NCBI GenBank assembly: GCA_040954595.2 | Contig: CM082580.2 | Span: 6,889,519 to 6,953,518, forward strand | Source: Balanoglossus misakiensis | Taxonomy: Eukaryota; Animalia; Hemichordata | DNA: 64,000 nt | Direction: 5' to 3' | Part shown: piece after piece, positions 39,787 to 52,646 of the stretch | Layout: each line of letters starts with the position of its first letter | Numbering within the stretch: position 1 is the first letter of the stretch | Notes under the pieces: generated by a model | Told to the model about the DNA's origin: nothing | The model's input: the letters and a program-made list of their open reading frames with translations, nothing else | Database searches by the model: none | Program-made: the position numbers and the translations under genes

Positions 39787-41449
39787 CACAATAGCGATAA
39801 ATGATCAAATTTGACACATTTGATGAGCTGCGATATTCGCTCTAGGACGTCGCCATCTTTTACTTGGAAAATATTTCCACCGATCCCAACCTCTTGGTGG
39901 CGCTCTTCACAATAAAGCAACACTGGGTCAACGAACTTCGCAGGTCCGATCTCCCAAGTTAGTCCAACCATAGACAATAGACTACGACTAATAATGCGTT
40001 CTCTCTGACCAAAAGAACAAAACAAGACAAACAAATAAATAAGAACCAGGAAATGAGACATCCTTTTCTGATGAATGTTAGTTTTAAATAGGAATATGCA
40101 AATACTGGATAGGTAAACAGACATTTGTTCAAAGAAGTCCACGTTCTCATGTTCTTTTTACAGCATATTCCATTATTTCTGGTAAAAAAAATTGCCATTA
40201 CAAAATAAATAATAAACACAAAAAAGACACAAAATCGGGTTTTCTTTCATTTTTTATTGATTTCTCTCCGTTATCACAGCATTTAGATTAGTAGAAGCAA
40301 AATCCCTTTCCTCTAAAAAAATATAGTGACCTTTCAACTTTACTTGAGCAAAGCAAACAATGTAAGAATGATTGATAGCTAAAAACGTACCAGTTACTGT
40401 CGTTCAGGAAAACAAATAAAAAACTTCATTTCACAAATCTTTAATAAATAATAATGTTCACATGGTATCTGTCCAAATTATACAAAACAAATCAGCTCAC
40501 TTCATAGACACATCACTTTGATTAGTAGAAGCAAAATATTGCCACTTATAGTAGACAATGAAGTATTACCATTTTATTTTTTTGTATTTAAAAAAATAGT
40601 TCACAATATCATAAAAAGTGCGGCCTGAGCATCTGTACCCGAGATAAAAAAATAAAAATATACATGAATATGCAGGACAAATTATACAAGAGCACTCCTG
40701 GTCGAGTTGTTATTGACAAGTTGTATACTAGTATAGTGTATACATGTAGATGTTTGCCATTTTGGACAATTTTTTTTTCACTGGAGAAAGCCTGAGTTGT
40801 AACAACACTCAAATAATTAGGCATAGGGATCTTCCCTCTACAATTTGTAAAACTTCCTTGGTAGTTGTTAGTTCTATTTAATCAAATGATACATCAACAG
40901 ACTGAATTCACTTTTTTGTAAAACTGGCAAGATTTTGATCAAAATAACATTCCACATTATTTTCTGCCTAAAGTCTTGTATTAATACTACGGTATTATCA
41001 AACTATACCCCAAGACAAACTGAAACCAATAATACCACTACATGTATTCAATGCAAAATGCTGACATTACACTACTTCACATATTTGTTATTGTCTGCAT
41101 TTCTGAAATGTATATTGATTGTCTCAGTGCTGAGTACACAGTGGGTGAATTTACAGTGGCAAGCTGACAAGAAAATCAATTACCTTGCAGTAATTCATAA
41201 TTGCCATGCAAGGGCATCAATTAGTTTGTTACATAAAATGCACTCTTGCTACTCTTTAATGTGACTCTTGTTTTGTCAAATCACTGATTTTTTGACACCC
41301 CCACCCCACCTCTTTTAAAACCAAAGAAGTAGCTTAAAACTATGGGAATGAACCCTTTTCATAAACTGGCTCCCTCTCACACCACCCTGACCTTTGAACT
41401 CCAACAGAGGGCCAATGGGTGTCTTAGTAACTCAGTACCCTGTTTCCCA

Positions 41450-43476
41450 CTAGTGGAAAAACAAACTTACAAAGGATGTCACCAAAATCACAATCATGTC
41501 AAACAGCGGCGCGTTTGCCGCCGAGATGAGAGTGCACTCGACCGACTTCGAGACGCACTCCCCTTGCGGGGCGTCCTCCATCTCCACAGTCAAGTTGTAC
41601 TGCGCGTGGCTGGCATAGTCGCAGGGCCCGCAGGTCGACTTGTCCGGGCAATGCTCCTCCGGGGTGCACCAGCCGTAGACGCCCACGTAGAAGTGGCCCG
41701 GCCGGAACGTCGGGTCGGCCGGGTCCAGCGAGATGACGCGCCGGGTCACCGACGCCAGCTTCCAGGAGTGGTCGTTGATGGTGGGTTTGGGAATGGTAGG
41801 GGAGACCAGCAGCTCCGGCCACGCGTAGGTGTTCGGGCACTCGCTCGCATCCATGCAGTTTTCGAGGCGTACGCGCACCGACACGCACGGCCCGGGCACG
41901 CAGAAGCGGTAGTAGTGATAGTCCTCGGCCAGCAAGGTGTCGGTGACCTTTCTGTCGGTGATGTCGTCCAGTTCCGGGTGCTCAGCTTTGATGCTCTCCA
42001 CCAGAAGAGTAAATATAGAATCTACAGGGACAGAAAAACGAGAAAAAGAAAATTTTTATTGATGACAACTCTGTTCAAATGTTGCTACTCCTAATTATCC
42101 CCCACTTTGTAAGAATTTCAAATTCTTTGGTTGTTTTTCGGATTCCTAGGATTGGGTAAAGGGATTTACATCGTTCCATACTTTGCTCATGATTGGCTGT
42201 AACATGATAACCTTATAATTTTTGGTCTGAACTATGTCCCCATGACTGCCAATCATCAGCAAAGTCTACATACATATTCTTTACAACAAACTGATATTCT
42301 GGGGGGGGGGGGTGCTTCTCCTCTCAGAGAGGAGCAAGCAGGCCTTAGTTAGAAAGGGGTATGTAGAACTACCGATTGCGTTATTTTTATTTTGCACACG
42401 CTTGTACAAAAATATCTGGTTACAAAAGCGGGTAGATTTCATACTGTGCAGTTATAGTTTTTGAAAAGGCTATTAATCATATTCATGGAACTGCCTTATT
42501 TAAAAAAAAATGGAAAGCGTCCAGGGGAAACCGTGCATACTTTGTAGCAATGGATAAACTATTTTTTTTTATTACCTGAACAATTCAGACTTACTTTGGT
42601 CACCAGAGTGAACTTGTTCACTACAAAATGCATGTACCCCAATGTAGAAAGTGCCAACTTCAAACTCAGGGTCCCAGCTGGAGATCGTCAGGTTTTCATG
42701 ACCCCATTCATACGAGCTCCACGCCAAACTCTTCTCTGTTGGATACAAGACAGGGAACCGGGAGACGTACAGGTCAGGCTCACCTTGTGTTCGTATCACC
42801 TATTGGAAGAAATTACAAAATAAGACGCTTTTTTAGTTATTCAAAATTATTACCCCATATAAAGCACAGAAAGCATTCTGATCTAACAATAGAAATATGT
42901 ACTGCACATTTCATAATAATTATTATTAGCATTTACTGAATATTTTTTGAAAAGCGAACACCATATTTATTCAAATTTCTATTCAGCACATTAAAGTTTG
43001 CATACTCTTTTATTTTATTGCTTGGAAGTTGATTCCACACTGCCCAAGAATTGAGAGCTTTTAATTCGCTTTTCTAAGATACTGTCTGGTTTAGACTCTT
43101 CAAAGCTACTAGTATTACCCCAAAATGACCCATTTAAACTCACCCTAATAAACTCCCCTCGCTCCCAAAGCACAATGGTATCGCCCATGGAGCACAGTAG
43201 CGTGTCCATCAAAGCATGATCAAAGTTTAGCTTTGACTCTTGCAAGCAACTTACCTGAACTCTGAGATCTTTACAGGGCTCTGTGACTTCCACTGAAAAA
43301 TACGTGAAATGTTCACACTCAACTTCAAACGGGCCGCTTTCTCTGCCCAGTTGTATTGGCGTGTGGCCCTCCGCGAAAACAGGCACTGTACATTGCAACA
43401 TGTGCAATGCAATCAGCAAGATTGCCAACGATGAGCGACTGCCAAAGTCATGCATGGCGAGAATCACACTGTGCAC
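41450..43476 (-). CDS. Secreted, probably GPI-anchored Cys-containing protein with two PPC-like beta-sandwich repeats; three coding exons
   Basis: Signal peptide SSLAILLIALHMLQCTVPVFA. Exons ~43476-43255, 42799-42594, 42021-41450 join in frame. Repeats GEPDLYVS..P....W...LTISSWDPEFEVGTFYIGVHAFC and WPELLVS..P....W...ISLDPADPTFRPGHFYVGVYGWC; hydrophobic C-terminus with no cytoplasmic tail. Confidence 0.75.
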
Positions 43477-44907
43477 TTTGGTGTTCTAAAAGTTGAGAAA
43501 GTTACAAAATCACGGCTCGAAATGCGAGGATCGGGACAAGACCAACACCAGGTAAACAAGCGTGTAGATGTTTACCACCACGAGTATCGAGGTCACTCCT
43601 CTGCGGAGGTAAGGGGTCAAACTATCACTTTCTGGGTGTAAATAGCCCCGCCCCTCACCGGGGGTGACTCCCAAAGAAAGTGCACCGTCGACTTGGTCAT
43701 GTCACTTTCACATATACACAAGCACATAGCATAGCAGTAGAGTCCCGTAGACTAGTTTTGCGTTTGGCCCGCAACGCTCGACTTCACATGTGCCCGTGGC
43801 TTGTAGTTCGGCACTGTTTTCCCTTTTCTTGTGAAATAGTATACGACAGGGCCCAGGGAAGCGAGGTTAGCCAAAGGGCTAGGGGGTACGCACCCGTACC
43901 TAAAATGTATGCACACCCCCGGGGGTTCGGACCGAGCGCACGCGCGTGTAACACAGGCGCATTTGATATACCTGTAAATTCAACAACTCAGGAGAAAAAA
44001 AAAAAACAGTAAGCGACTTTTTCAATACCCACCAAGTCAAACCTTTATTCACAATTATTTTACATTTTTGTGATGGATAACAAAGTATTGTGATGTTCAA
44101 AATTGATACCATAACTTGCATCATGATTGTGTCATCAGAATTGTGAGAAACTCCTATGTCATCAAAATCTGTGTGAAATAACTGCTTTGTCATCAGTATC
44201 TGTGTGAAACTGCGGTCATTACAATATGTCAACGTAACCGTGAAAAATACAACTGATTTGTCTTCAAATTCTGTGAAAAATATTTCAAATATTCATAAAA
44301 CCTATGATTAAGAATTTTCTATTACAAAGAGGTGCTCCCAGTTTTCTTGTATAATGTCCAATAGTGGCACAATGACATATTCTTGTAGCTGACGATTTGG
44401 AATATATCAAATGGACTGTGTTATTTCTTGCATTTTTTGCATAAAATTCTTGATGTGTGCGAATATTTGGCACATGTGTTATACCTTGTTTTCCTTTTTC
44501 GTGCTATATTTGTTACAAGTCTTAGACTTTATCACTTTGTCCAGTTTTGCATTGAACAGTGAAATTAGATATTATCAGAGAATCTACTTGAACTACCAAT
44601 GAAAAAGTGATCATCTTTAAAGTGAAAAATTGTTTGAATATAAAAATTTAAGCTTGTTGCAAATATAGAAAATATATATGGAAAGATAATTATAATACTT
44701 CAACAATAGAAAAATTTACACGATTTTAGAAAAGTGTCTTTACATATACACAGCTTTTGCAGTGAACATTTGAATGATTATTTTTTTCCCTAGAAAATCT
44801 TCATATACAAGAACGCCTGCTTACTGATTCTATATACATACATATTCACACAACTCAAAATCAACAGTTCTGAAAAAATGATATGTTTTTCGTTTTTAAT
44901 GTAGTTA

Positions 44908-46013
44908 GGGACTGTCCAGAATTTACTTCCAGGGGGGGGGGGGGCTGGAGGATTTTCAGGGGGGGCCACCCATTTTCCCCAAGAAAAATTAGGGGGGGTC
45001 AGACATAAAAATCACAATCCTTTAGGGGGGGGCATGTAAAAAACCCTCACAAACTCAATATTTGCCCATAAGTACTGATTTATAAGAAACAAACCAGCAT
45101 GGCTACCTGGATGACAGATGAACTCCGCAAGTGCATTAAATCTTCATAAAGCTTGAATTTCCGGTAATTTTTACAGTGGGTTATTTTGTATATCTACTAC
45201 AGTTTCTTGTTCTACTCTGTGAAGCATAATGAAATGCCCAGTATTTGGCCTGCCAGCACAGACCATAAATGTACAGTGAACAGTCAGTGTTGTTACTGTT
45301 GACGAGCTCAATTCAACTTTCAAGTCCAGACTAGAATTCGTTAATTTTCTCATCAATCATTCATATATGTATATAAAAAGTTAATTTGCTTTTGGGTTCA
45401 TTAAAATGCAGCTTTGAGCTCTGTATTTTATAAAATATTCTTACAGGGGAGGGGGACACCCCCTCCCAAACCCACCCCCTTCACTTCTCGGTTTACAATA
45501 TCTGCCAACACAGAATACAAATACTTAACAAATATAAACAATGTTCAGTTTTAATATCCACTGATGAGGATAAACATCAGTTTCAAATTCTTTTCATGGG
45601 AGCGCTGTTTTTCTTTTTTTACAAGATAGATAGGTGATGTGTATTGCTGTGTGAAAGAAAATGGGGGGTGGGATTTCAAAAGTTTAAGCTGTTCGGAAGG
45701 GGGGGGGATTGAAAATATTTCGGGTTGTGTACGGGGGGCATGTGAAAATTAACGGTAAAAAAAAATTAATTCTCCCCCCCCCTTCCAGAGGTGTTTGTAA
45801 ATGCAGCCTTATCAGACTGTATGTGTCGTAGTCTGTACCAGTAAGCATGCATGTATATATTGGGGGGGGGGGGGGTCATGGAAAAAAAACAGGAAATTTA
45901 CGGGGGGGCCACAGATTTCCTCCACAATTTACAAGGGGGGGCCATGGAAAAAAATCACCAGGAAAATAAGAAATCCTCCAGCCCCACCCTGGAAGTAAAT
46001 TCTGGACAGTCCC
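44908..46013. mobile_element. 1.1-kb PIF/Harbinger-like (Tourist-type) non-autonomous element
   Basis: 27-bp perfect TIRs gggactgtccagaatttacttccaggg / ccctggaagtaaattctggacagtccc, extending imperfectly (gctggaggatttt / aaatcctccagc); TTA on both flanks. Confidence 0.85.
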
Positions 46014-47073
46014 TTAAATGAAAAATTTAAAGCTAACAATAATCTTGTAACAGGTTCAATAACGCTATTCTTAGTTTTTAACACAGTAAAAATGAACAGT
46101 TTAAGCAAAGTTAATTGTGTTGGTATGTAATTGTGTTGATATGTAAAATTCTTGTGATTGATAAAACAAAAATTAAGGCACTGTTTATAAAAACTGTTCT
46201 GGTCTGCTACAAACATTAGGAATGTGTTTTTGGTCTTTAACTGAAGGGTGTGCACCTTATGCTTATAGTGGCTCACTCAACATTTGGATTGTCCTCAGTA
46301 TGACTTACCATAAAACTACCAGTGGAATATTTTCCTGGGATTGTTCTAGTTTGGCATAATTAGTTTTAATATTCAGTGAATATGTTAAAAATGTAAATAG
46401 TTGAACTGTGCAATGGTTGTTATGTAAGTGTGATTGTGGCTGATTTTCAAAACTTACAACTTCCCAGAGAACTTTATGTGGAAAAATCTACATATGTACT
46501 TTATGTTTTATAAATACAACTCTTTGAGTCATGTGTGGTACTAGTGCAATTTAAACTATGATTGTGATTTTTCAAAAACATTGTCTTTGCATTCTGTGAT
46601 ATATTAATACCACAGTCTATTTCAGAAAAAAATAATGTGATAGATTACACAAGTTCTTTGAATTCAGTGAAAGTGATATGTTAAACATTTTAAACGCTAT
46701 GTAAGATTTTCTGAGATTATCAAAACAAGGCAGCAACTTTGTTTTGTGTAAAGACAACATCATTTTTGTTTGCTTTGCAAATATAAATTGTCTCACTTCT
46801 AGAATGAAGACATTTCATCAATGCAGTATACATCAACCAACCCAGTGTTGGCATCCCCCCCCCCCTCCCCCCATGCATACAAAATGGAAAATAAAAAATT
46901 CCCAAACAACATTTTTGCAAATGCTTTTTGGGTTATGCAGTGTTTCATCTCAGCTGCTGGATTAGAATATAGGCAGGCTACAACTTAGCTTTCAAATAAA
47001 GACTGGGATTCAAGCTGCAAGGGGCCGCAAGCCCCCTCTCTTTCATACTTTGGCATCCTAGTTGAAACATTGG

Positions 47074-50000
47074 TTATAGACTGAGATTTAAGTCTGGTGT
47101 GTCCTCTCTCTGGTGATCAGCATCTGGCTTAGTCAGGGACACGACACTTTCAGTTCTGGTGTAGTACTCTGTACGACTTCCATTCTCGGACTTCTCAGTT
47201 TCCTTATGGTTGCCTTCACTTTCATCCTTCTTCTTCTTCTCCTCATCATCTGAATCACTGCTGTCATCATCATCATCATTGTCGTCATCATCGGATGAGC
47301 CGGATGATAGTGAAGATGAAGAGGACGATGATACAGACTTGGTGTCACCTTCTTTCTCTTTCTCAGCTGCTTTATTTTTGTCTGTTGTGGTATCATCTTT
47401 CACTTCCTCGGATTTATCCCGCTCCCGATCGTTATCGCCGTCTTTGCTTCCACATTCGCTCTTCTGTCCAATCTCATCTGCTCTGTCCGCGGTTTGCTCT
47501 GCCTGGGAGCTCTCCCCATCTGCATCAGTGTCCTTGACAGCTGCATCACTTGCCCCTGATGATTTTCTCTCCCTATCTGCATCTGTCTCCTTGCCATCTG
47601 CAGCTTCGTCCTTGTCAGCTGCATCGCTCACGGTTGATTCCCTTTTCGCAAGCTGCGTAAACCCACCTCTGCCTCCTCCTCCCCCGCTGTCCTTGGTCTC
47701 CTCGCTCCTCTCGCCATCGCTCTCCTTCATTGACGACACAGTGTCACCTCTCTTGGACGAGACACTCTCGCTCGCTTGGCCGTCGCTGTCCTTCGCCGAC
47801 GACGAAGCCGCTGCTGCATTCTCATCTTTGGACTGGCCGCTCGACTCTCGCCTCTTGTAGCCGACTCTGGAATTCCGCGGACTGGGCACGGTCAGCAGAG
47901 ACGAGTCAGAGCTGACACTCCTCGTTTTGCCGCTTCTGGTGGTCTTTGATCCCGCGTCATTCGCATTCTCCTCTTCCTTAGATCCCGCATCTTTCACAGT
48001 CTCCTCCTCCTCCTTAGCATCCGAGCCACTCAGCTTACTCCAGGCCCCCTCGCTACTCTCCACCGGTCCGTCACTCTTGCTGTCTTCCTTATCCCCCACC
48101 GACTGTTTTCTGGAACCTTCCGTTTCCACGGTGCTACTCTTCTTCTCTCTCTTATGATCTTCCTCCTCCTCTTCGTCAGACGAATCCGAGCTGTCATCAC
48201 TGCTTGTATCACTGCCTGTATCACTACTACTGTCACTGCTCGTGTCAGTCCCACTGTCGCTGCTGCTGCTGCTATGCTCATGCATTGGACTGGTGACGTG
48301 GCGACTATCTTTCTCATCTTCATCCTCCTCTTCCTCATTATCGTCATATCCTTGGCTTCCCTCTGTCTGGTCCTTTTCCAGCAGTGTTCTGAAAAGAAGC
48401 ATGCCCTCAAAAGTTAAAACCTGACATCAAAGGAAAACAGTCATTCGAACAACAGAAGAAGATAGTGACTTTGGCACTGACCATAGCTCAAAAATAATTT
48501 AACGTTAAAATTACCCGAGCCAAGATGACACGTGGGGTTTCTGTCCAATGGCTGGCTTCTTTTTCCTCTGCTCCCGTTTTTCATTGGCTTCCCTTTCACG
48601 TTTTTCTCTTTTCTATCAAAATAGAAAGCACACACAATGTAGTTAATAATCACACCCCCTTTACACCAGCTTCTGGGCCCAGCTGAATAGACTGGAGGTG
48701 CTTGCTGTAAATTGAGGAAAGCTGTCTTCTTTCTTATTTCTAAGAGAAACAATGACTTTTGCTGACAACAGACAAAGTCTGGGCAATACACCTTTAAAGC
48801 AAAGGCAGACAAGGTCCACACAATTGTTGTTGGGGTCATGACCTTTGGGATCTGAGTTGACAGCAAATAATGCAAGATTCCACGCTGTCGGGTAACCGGG
48901 CTATTGTTATTTCTTTCCATTGAATTCCCCAAACTAGGGCACGTTACTGAACACACATAAGCCTTTTTGTGTAAACTGTAATACTGAAAACCTGTAAAAT
49001 GCTGAAGTTTCTTTAACTGGAACAAGTCTTTAACTATATCAGTGGTAGATTAAAAATCCCCAAGTGTTGAATTGGACAGATACCTTTTTCTCTTTTTCTT
49101 CTTTTTCTTTGACATATTCTTGGGCTGCTTTCCTTTCCTCTGAAAAAATAATATTAATTGAGTATTGATAACTAAGGCAAAATGAGAGTTCTACTATGTA
49201 CATGTACTGAGGTTTTACTTATTTTTGATGAAACTTGTGTTAGAAAACAAGATGATGTAATGGGGGCTTACCATGTTCAACAGAATAGGACACGGCTGAG
49301 CTTGCATTCAGTATGGCACCAACACGTTTTGACAACTGTGGAACCTTACCCTATGTATTAAACATGGAGAGAAATACTCAGTCATAGAGGTGCATTGATA
49401 TTGAAAAACTGATGGTGCAAAAGTCATTCCACTTAAACATCTAAAACAATGTCAAGAAAAGCAATGTAGCTTACCTGAGAAATACCATCTTTGTTTTTAC
49501 AAAGTGGTCTGTATCTAAAATAGTTGTAGATTGTACCAATATCGATAGATTCCTGTCAATATGAAGAGAATAGGACATATATATGTTTTTAATGAGTTTA
49601 TCATTTTTTTTCTTATATTAATTTGGTTTAGCATATTATATCATATATAATATATATGTATATGTTAAATCAGAATATATTCAATCAAACCCTGTGGCAT
49701 ATAACTATATCAACTATGCTACACCATTTGTATGCATATACATATATACAAGCGCATTCATAATTTTGAAAAGTCTTAGCATTATTAGAAATATTATTAA
49801 TGAAAAAGCAGATCTTCAATTTGACAATTAGAATGATTGAAAAAAATCTTTTTAAGAAGTAATAATTTTTTTTGTCTATAATGCAGATTTGACTACAACT
49901 TGTCCACTTCATGACTCATTGAGATGACCTATCAACCATCTTAAATCTGCAATACTTACATAAACTTGGTTGGCACTCTGAGTCAGCCTGGCCACCTCGC

Positions 50001-50478
50001 TGTCCCTCACCAAGCTCTTTGACTTAGTGTCTTTATCAAACCGAGGAGAGATCAGCAATTTATCCTTCTTCTTTTTCCTCTTCCCGTTCTTCTTGTCGCT
50101 GTCTTTTCCAGCATCCTCATCCTCTTTCTTTTCCTCTTTGTCCCCCGACTCTGCGTCGTCACGCCTGTTGGACCGACTCTCTCCGTCTCTCTCATTGTTC
50201 TCTGCCAACTGACTCCAATGTCCCCCTGATTTCTCGTCCCCGCCCTTCGAATCCCTGTCTCCACCGTTTGATTTTTCAGGAGATTGCTGTTCATTGTTGA
50301 CAGTCTGATTGTCTTTCTCTCTTGATTCCCGTTGTCTTTCCGTCTTCCTCCCTGACCTTTGACCCTCAGTTTTTTTCTTGCCTCCCCTTCGGACCTCCTT
50401 CTTGCCATCCTCTCTCTCTGTTTTCTTTTTCCTCTTCTTCTTTTCCGGTTTGTCTCTTGTTGCTACGGAGTACGCCAT
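47074..50478 (-). CDS. Uncharacterised ~709-aa Lys/Glu/Asp/Ser-rich low-complexity protein, six coding exons
   Basis: Exons 50478-49960, 49552-49475, ~49335-49272, 49139-49084, 48612-48515, 48388-47074 have GT-AG ends and matching phases, giving one open frame. Confidence 0.75.
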
Positions 50479-52646
50479 GTCAAACCGCGCCTGTGTGAAG
50501 CAGAAATGTGCTCTTTCAGTGTACCGAGGAAAGGTACAAAATCATGTGTATACAGGAAGACGTCCAAAAGACTAAAAAAATGTGTTAACATTTTTTTAAA
50601 TACACTGACTGAGATCAGTATTGTGGAACTGGCTGCTTAAAAGCAGAGCACTACTATGTGTTTTCAACAAACATGTGTGTCATAAAAACTTCACACTCTA
50701 TACATTTATAACAAGAGAAAATTATATTATATTTTAGACATTCAATTGAGTTACATACCATTCTGGTTGTGGTGTAATTACGTCCTGCCCCAGACGGATC
50801 AAACCCAGATTCTACTCTGTGGACATTCAGAGTGTACTCACTAAAATGAGAGTGACAAAAACCATTCAATATTTAATTAATGTAAAATGGTACAGAAAAA
50901 TGATCATAAGTGATAAAAGTCTAAATAAAATGCTCAGTTTACTTTTGGGGATTATTTTCTTATCAATTCTTGACTTGGCCAGCTAATCCATGTTTTAAAG
51001 GTATAAAATGTATTTTCACTTGAATTTAGACTTTATTTCTCTTTGTTGCATACTCCTGATTAAAAAAAAACACAGGAATAGCTTCAAGGACAAACACGCA
51101 ATTAATTAGCGCAGTTTAATCCACTTAATTTGTTGACATGGCTCACACTGGACAAATTTGCCTAGCATTGCACGTCGAATAACAGAGAGGAACCAGTGAA
51201 ACATAATGTACAGAGTCGATAATCATCACTTTTAATCGCCCCATATTTTTCTTTAATAAAACAAAGCGAATATATTATACATCAGTACACGAACAATGTC
51301 ACGTGCATTACCCCTGAGGTCAGTGTCACGAAAGTACATAAACTTGGACAAAACAGGTGACAACTTCGAACTGTGCATTACAGTATGCTGCCATAGGGGT
51401 GTTATTCGTAATTCCGGCAGTACATTTATTCATCCCTCGCCAATGCGTTACAATTTACACGATAACATCAAATGAAAACACTGTACATAAACACTACTGT
51501 GACAGCAAATACCGGTGTGTATGGCAACTCACAGTTTCCGAGTCAGGTCTCGACTGATCCCCGTTGCGGTTGCGTCGCGCCCACTCATTTTGGCCTCTGG
51601 TCAACGACACGTTCAAAATTCGACTAATACAAGCCCTATTTAATCGTCATCGCACTGGGTAAGTTTTAAAGTTTATGACACGTAATCACTCTGTTCTTGT
51701 GACAACTTTGTTTGCACTGTTTGCAATGCCATGGTGGGAAAGGCTTCATTGGCGACCGCAGACGCTAATGAATAGGCTTGTTGTCATGTACCAGCGAACG
51801 CCCCAGGCCTGCGAAGAAAGTTAACCTGTAAGTTTGGTGTTGTTGTGAACGCTATGTTTAGAAGTTGTCCACGTACTACAAAAGTCAAAATCGGTTACTT
51901 TGCTCAAATTTAAGTTATTTTAATGTAACTTTTCGCCATGAATTAATCATTAATTTCAAGTCAATTTGTAATTTAGGGATAGTAAAACTTAAGTTATCGT
52001 GCTTGGGGAGTCAAATTTAGACAACAAGTTCGCGCAAATTGCGTGAATACAAGACGAGATTATTTTTAATTCTTTTATAATTATTGTTTTATATGACACA
52101 GAAACGACTGTATAGGAAATATGCAAACGTTCAGTTCATCATAAAGTGGTTACATGGCTGAAATATTTCATATCGCAGGTGATGTGGTTTCGTTACTATC
52201 TGTCATGTGACTTGGAATACCCAATCATAATCCGTCTCCACTTCCGGGAAATTTAAAAAAGATTCGGATCTTGTGCATTGAGTGCTGAGGTTCTTATTTA
52301 CCGGTATTACGGATAGAGGTAATTATTTCGGCTTTTCCGCTTAATTAACACCCAGAAAGTCAAGTGGCGCAAACGATCGACAGAACTTTCCTCACCAACA
52401 GTTTTTATTTATCAGTCCATTCGTTTAATACATCATATCTCATCCATTGCATCGTACATGTACATATGCAAATGAATTGGATGAGATGGACATAGTCACT
52501 CAAGCCCAGTCAAGGCGACGGAGGCTCTCAATCAGCTTCAAAAAGATAATTCATTTGTTGAGGGACTAAATACGACCTTATTAATTTGCCCTTTCCAAAT
52601 GTTGTCACAGATTTCACAGTAACGTCAGCAGGATTCTGATGCCAAG

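Noticed and set aside
47074-48388. Dentin/SCPP-like biomineralisation protein call for the Ser/Asp-rich exon
   Set aside because: No signal peptide in the reconstructed N-terminus, and several basic NLS-like runs; the similarity is compositional only.
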